Assembly (NCBI GenBank): GCA_964491975.1
Contig: CAZBHM010000001.1
Location: forward strand, 1-56,709
DNA: 56,709 bases
Reading direction: 5' to 3'
Source of the DNA: an uncultured Lachnospiraceae bacterium
GTDB taxonomy: Bacteria; Bacillota; Clostridia; Lachnospirales; Lachnospiraceae
The notes below the pieces were generated by a model. The model searched no databases, was not told where the DNA came from, and saw only the letters and a list, made by a program, of their open reading frames with translations. Shown piece after piece: positions 55,314 to 56,709 of the stretch (position 1 is the first letter of the stretch; each line of letters starts with the position of its first letter). The position numbers were made by a program, and so were the translations under genes.

Positions 55314-56709
55314 GATTCTAACATTTGCGATAATAATATCTGTGCTCTTTACATTTAATGGATGTGTAGTAAAGATGTATGAAGAGTATAAGAAAGAGAA
55401 TAAAGAAAAATTTAACGAAACAACACTGACGGAGGAAGAAACTGTCAGCCAGACTAAAAAAACGGCTTCGTTTCTTGGCATGATTGATGAGGTTGATATG
55501 GAAAATAAGCTTGTCAATGTGAGAAATTTAGAGACGGATGAGCTTGTGTCATACAGCTATACGGGTGCTACTGATGTCAGGGATAAGTATGGCAAAATTA
55601 TGACAATTGCGCTTGTTGAGCCGGGGTATATTGTGGACTGTGAGTACAGGACTGAAAACAACTGTATGACTAAAATTTCTGCATCCAATGAGGGCTGGGA
55701 GAATCTGCGTGTACATAACTGGAAGTATTCTGCTGAAGAAAATTATCTTAAGATAGGCAATCAGTATTATGATTTATATGATTATAAGATTGTATCGGCA
55801 GAGGGAAGCCAGATAGATATCAGAGAGCTTTCAGAGGTTGATGAGCTTATTGTGAGAGGCCGTGAGAATAAAGTTTACTCGATAAGCGTACTAAAGGGAC
55901 ATGGTTACATAAGCTTAAGAAATGAGGCATATTTTATAAGCGGTATAATTACGGTTGGCAATGAGGCAGGATTTGAGGTTACGGATGACATGCTTATTAT
56001 GGCGGGCGAGGGTAAGCATATCCTCTCCATAAGTAAAAATGGTGTCGGAGGTTCAGTTGAGGTTGAGGTTAAGCGTAATAAGGAAATAGTAGTAGACGTA
56101 GGAGAATTTCAGGGAGAGCTTAAAGAATATGGAAGCATCAGCTTTAAGATTAATCCTGAAGGAGCCAGACTGTATATTAACGGCAGACAGAAGCTGTACG
56201 ATGAGCTTGTGGAACTTGCCTTTGGAACATATAAGATAGCGGTAGAAGCAGAAGGCTGTGTGCCCTATATCGGGGATTTGGTAGTTGGCAGTACATTTAT
56301 GAGAAAGACTATTTCACTGGGACTTCAGGATGTTAAAGAGGAAGAGACCACTACCCTGACTGATGGCGAGAAGGAAAGTACGGATGAGACAACAACCACG
56401 GCTGAAAGTGTGACAGGCGGGGAGAATGAGACGAGTGCTGCAGAAATAACATCATCAGCGGCAACAGCAACAGATGTACAGAAGGAAAGTGCAGGAATTG
56501 AAGAAGCTATGCCGGAGCCGGAGACTACTGTTATTTATACCGGAGCCGGGGATGTTTCAAAATATAAAATTAATATAGATACACCGACAGGGGCAGAGGC
56601 ATATTTTGACAGTGAATATATAGGAACTGTTCCTGTGTCAATTCCTAAACAGAGCGGTATTCATACCATAATATTCAAAAAAGAGGGTTACAAGACCAAG
56701 GCATATACC
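55303..56709 (+). CDS. PEGA-domain lipoprotein, 5'-complete, 3' end beyond the window (not in the supplied ORF track)
   Basis: My own translation gives MKYRILTFAIIISVLFTFNGC (lipobox FNGC). The frame stays open for 469 codons to the window edge. PEGA-like units are FKINPEGARLYINGRQKLY...GTYKIAVEAEG and PTGAEAYFDSEYIGTVPVSIPKQSGIHTIIFKKEGYKT. A Thr/Glu-rich linker runs at about 56340-56520. GAGGTG RBS is present. The start overlaps the Gx gene end by 11 nt. Confidence 0.8.
   Translation, partial: MKYRILTFAIIISVLFTFNGCVVKMYEEYKKENKEKFNETTLTEEETVSQTKKTASFLGMIDEVDMENKLVNVRNLETDELVSYSYTGATDVRDKYGKIMTIALVEPGYIVDCEYRTENNCMTKISASNEGWENLRVHNWKYSAEENYLKIGNQYYDLYDYKIVSAEGSQIDIRELSEVDELIVRGRENKVYSISVLKGHGYISLRNEAYFISGIITVGNEAGFEVTDDMLIMAGEGKHILSISKNGVGGSVEVEVKRNKEIVVDVGEFQGELKEYGSISFKINPEGARLYINGRQKLYDELVELAFGTYKIAVEAEGCVPYIGDLVVGSTFMRKTISLGLQDVKEEETTTLTDGEKESTDETTTTAESVTGGENETSAAEITSSAATATDVQKESAGIEEAMPEPETTVIYTGAGDVSKYKINIDTPTGAEAYFDSEYIGTVPVSIPKQSGIHTIIFKKEGYKTKAYT

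Overview
This is a 56.7-kb, densely packed chromosomal segment. Gene content (spoIIR, rnfCDGEAB, type III glutamine synthetase, iron-sulfur flavoprotein) and AT-rich codon style suggest a low-GC, Gram-positive, spore-forming anaerobe, probably Clostridia and possibly Lachnospiraceae; that is inference only. I support about 50 protein-coding genes, mostly housekeeping: trkA-trkH, pth-mfd, metY, ispE, spoIIR, ddl-murI, fsa/tal, cls, prfC, fba-glnN, eno and the complete rnfCDGEAB operon. Around them are efflux pumps (2 MATE, 1 MFS), regulators (MerR, LysR, an ECF sigma/anti-sigma pair, GGDEF) and a few hypothetical genes. I saw no rRNA, tRNA, CRISPR array, transposase, integrase or phage genes, so the window looks like core genome rather than an accessory island. 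Several ORF-track starts look too long, and I moved them to starts with a proper Shine-Dalgarno (metY, fsa, cls, the FAD oxidoreductase, GGDEF, eno, the CaCA antiporter, rnfG, the Gx transporter and the FG-GAP protein). One gene missing from the ORF track runs off the 3' edge: a PEGA-domain lipoprotein at 55303 to beyond 56709. The main points worth a second look are these. (1) An operon of two ABC exporters flanks a DUF1854-like protein, and both exporters carry an unusual N-terminal PH-like plus zinc-ribbon module. (2) A ~250-nt structured leader with a terminator lies upstream of a Na+/Ca2+-exchanger-family gene and resembles a yybP-ykoY (Mn2+) riboswitch. (3) A textbook MerR-type promoter with a 19-bp spacer and a dyad operator drives the divergent aldo/keto reductase. 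(4) LysR-type boxes lie next to metY and next to an orphan arabinose-isomerase-like gene. (5) ispE is translationally coupled to an SGNH hydrolase and to a signal-less FG-GAP/SLH-like protein. (6) The flavinylation motif in RnfD is tandemly duplicated. (7) A NusG_II / Gx-transporter / PEGA-lipoprotein neighbourhood follows rnf. All family assignments come from motif recognition by eye, because no database search was possible.
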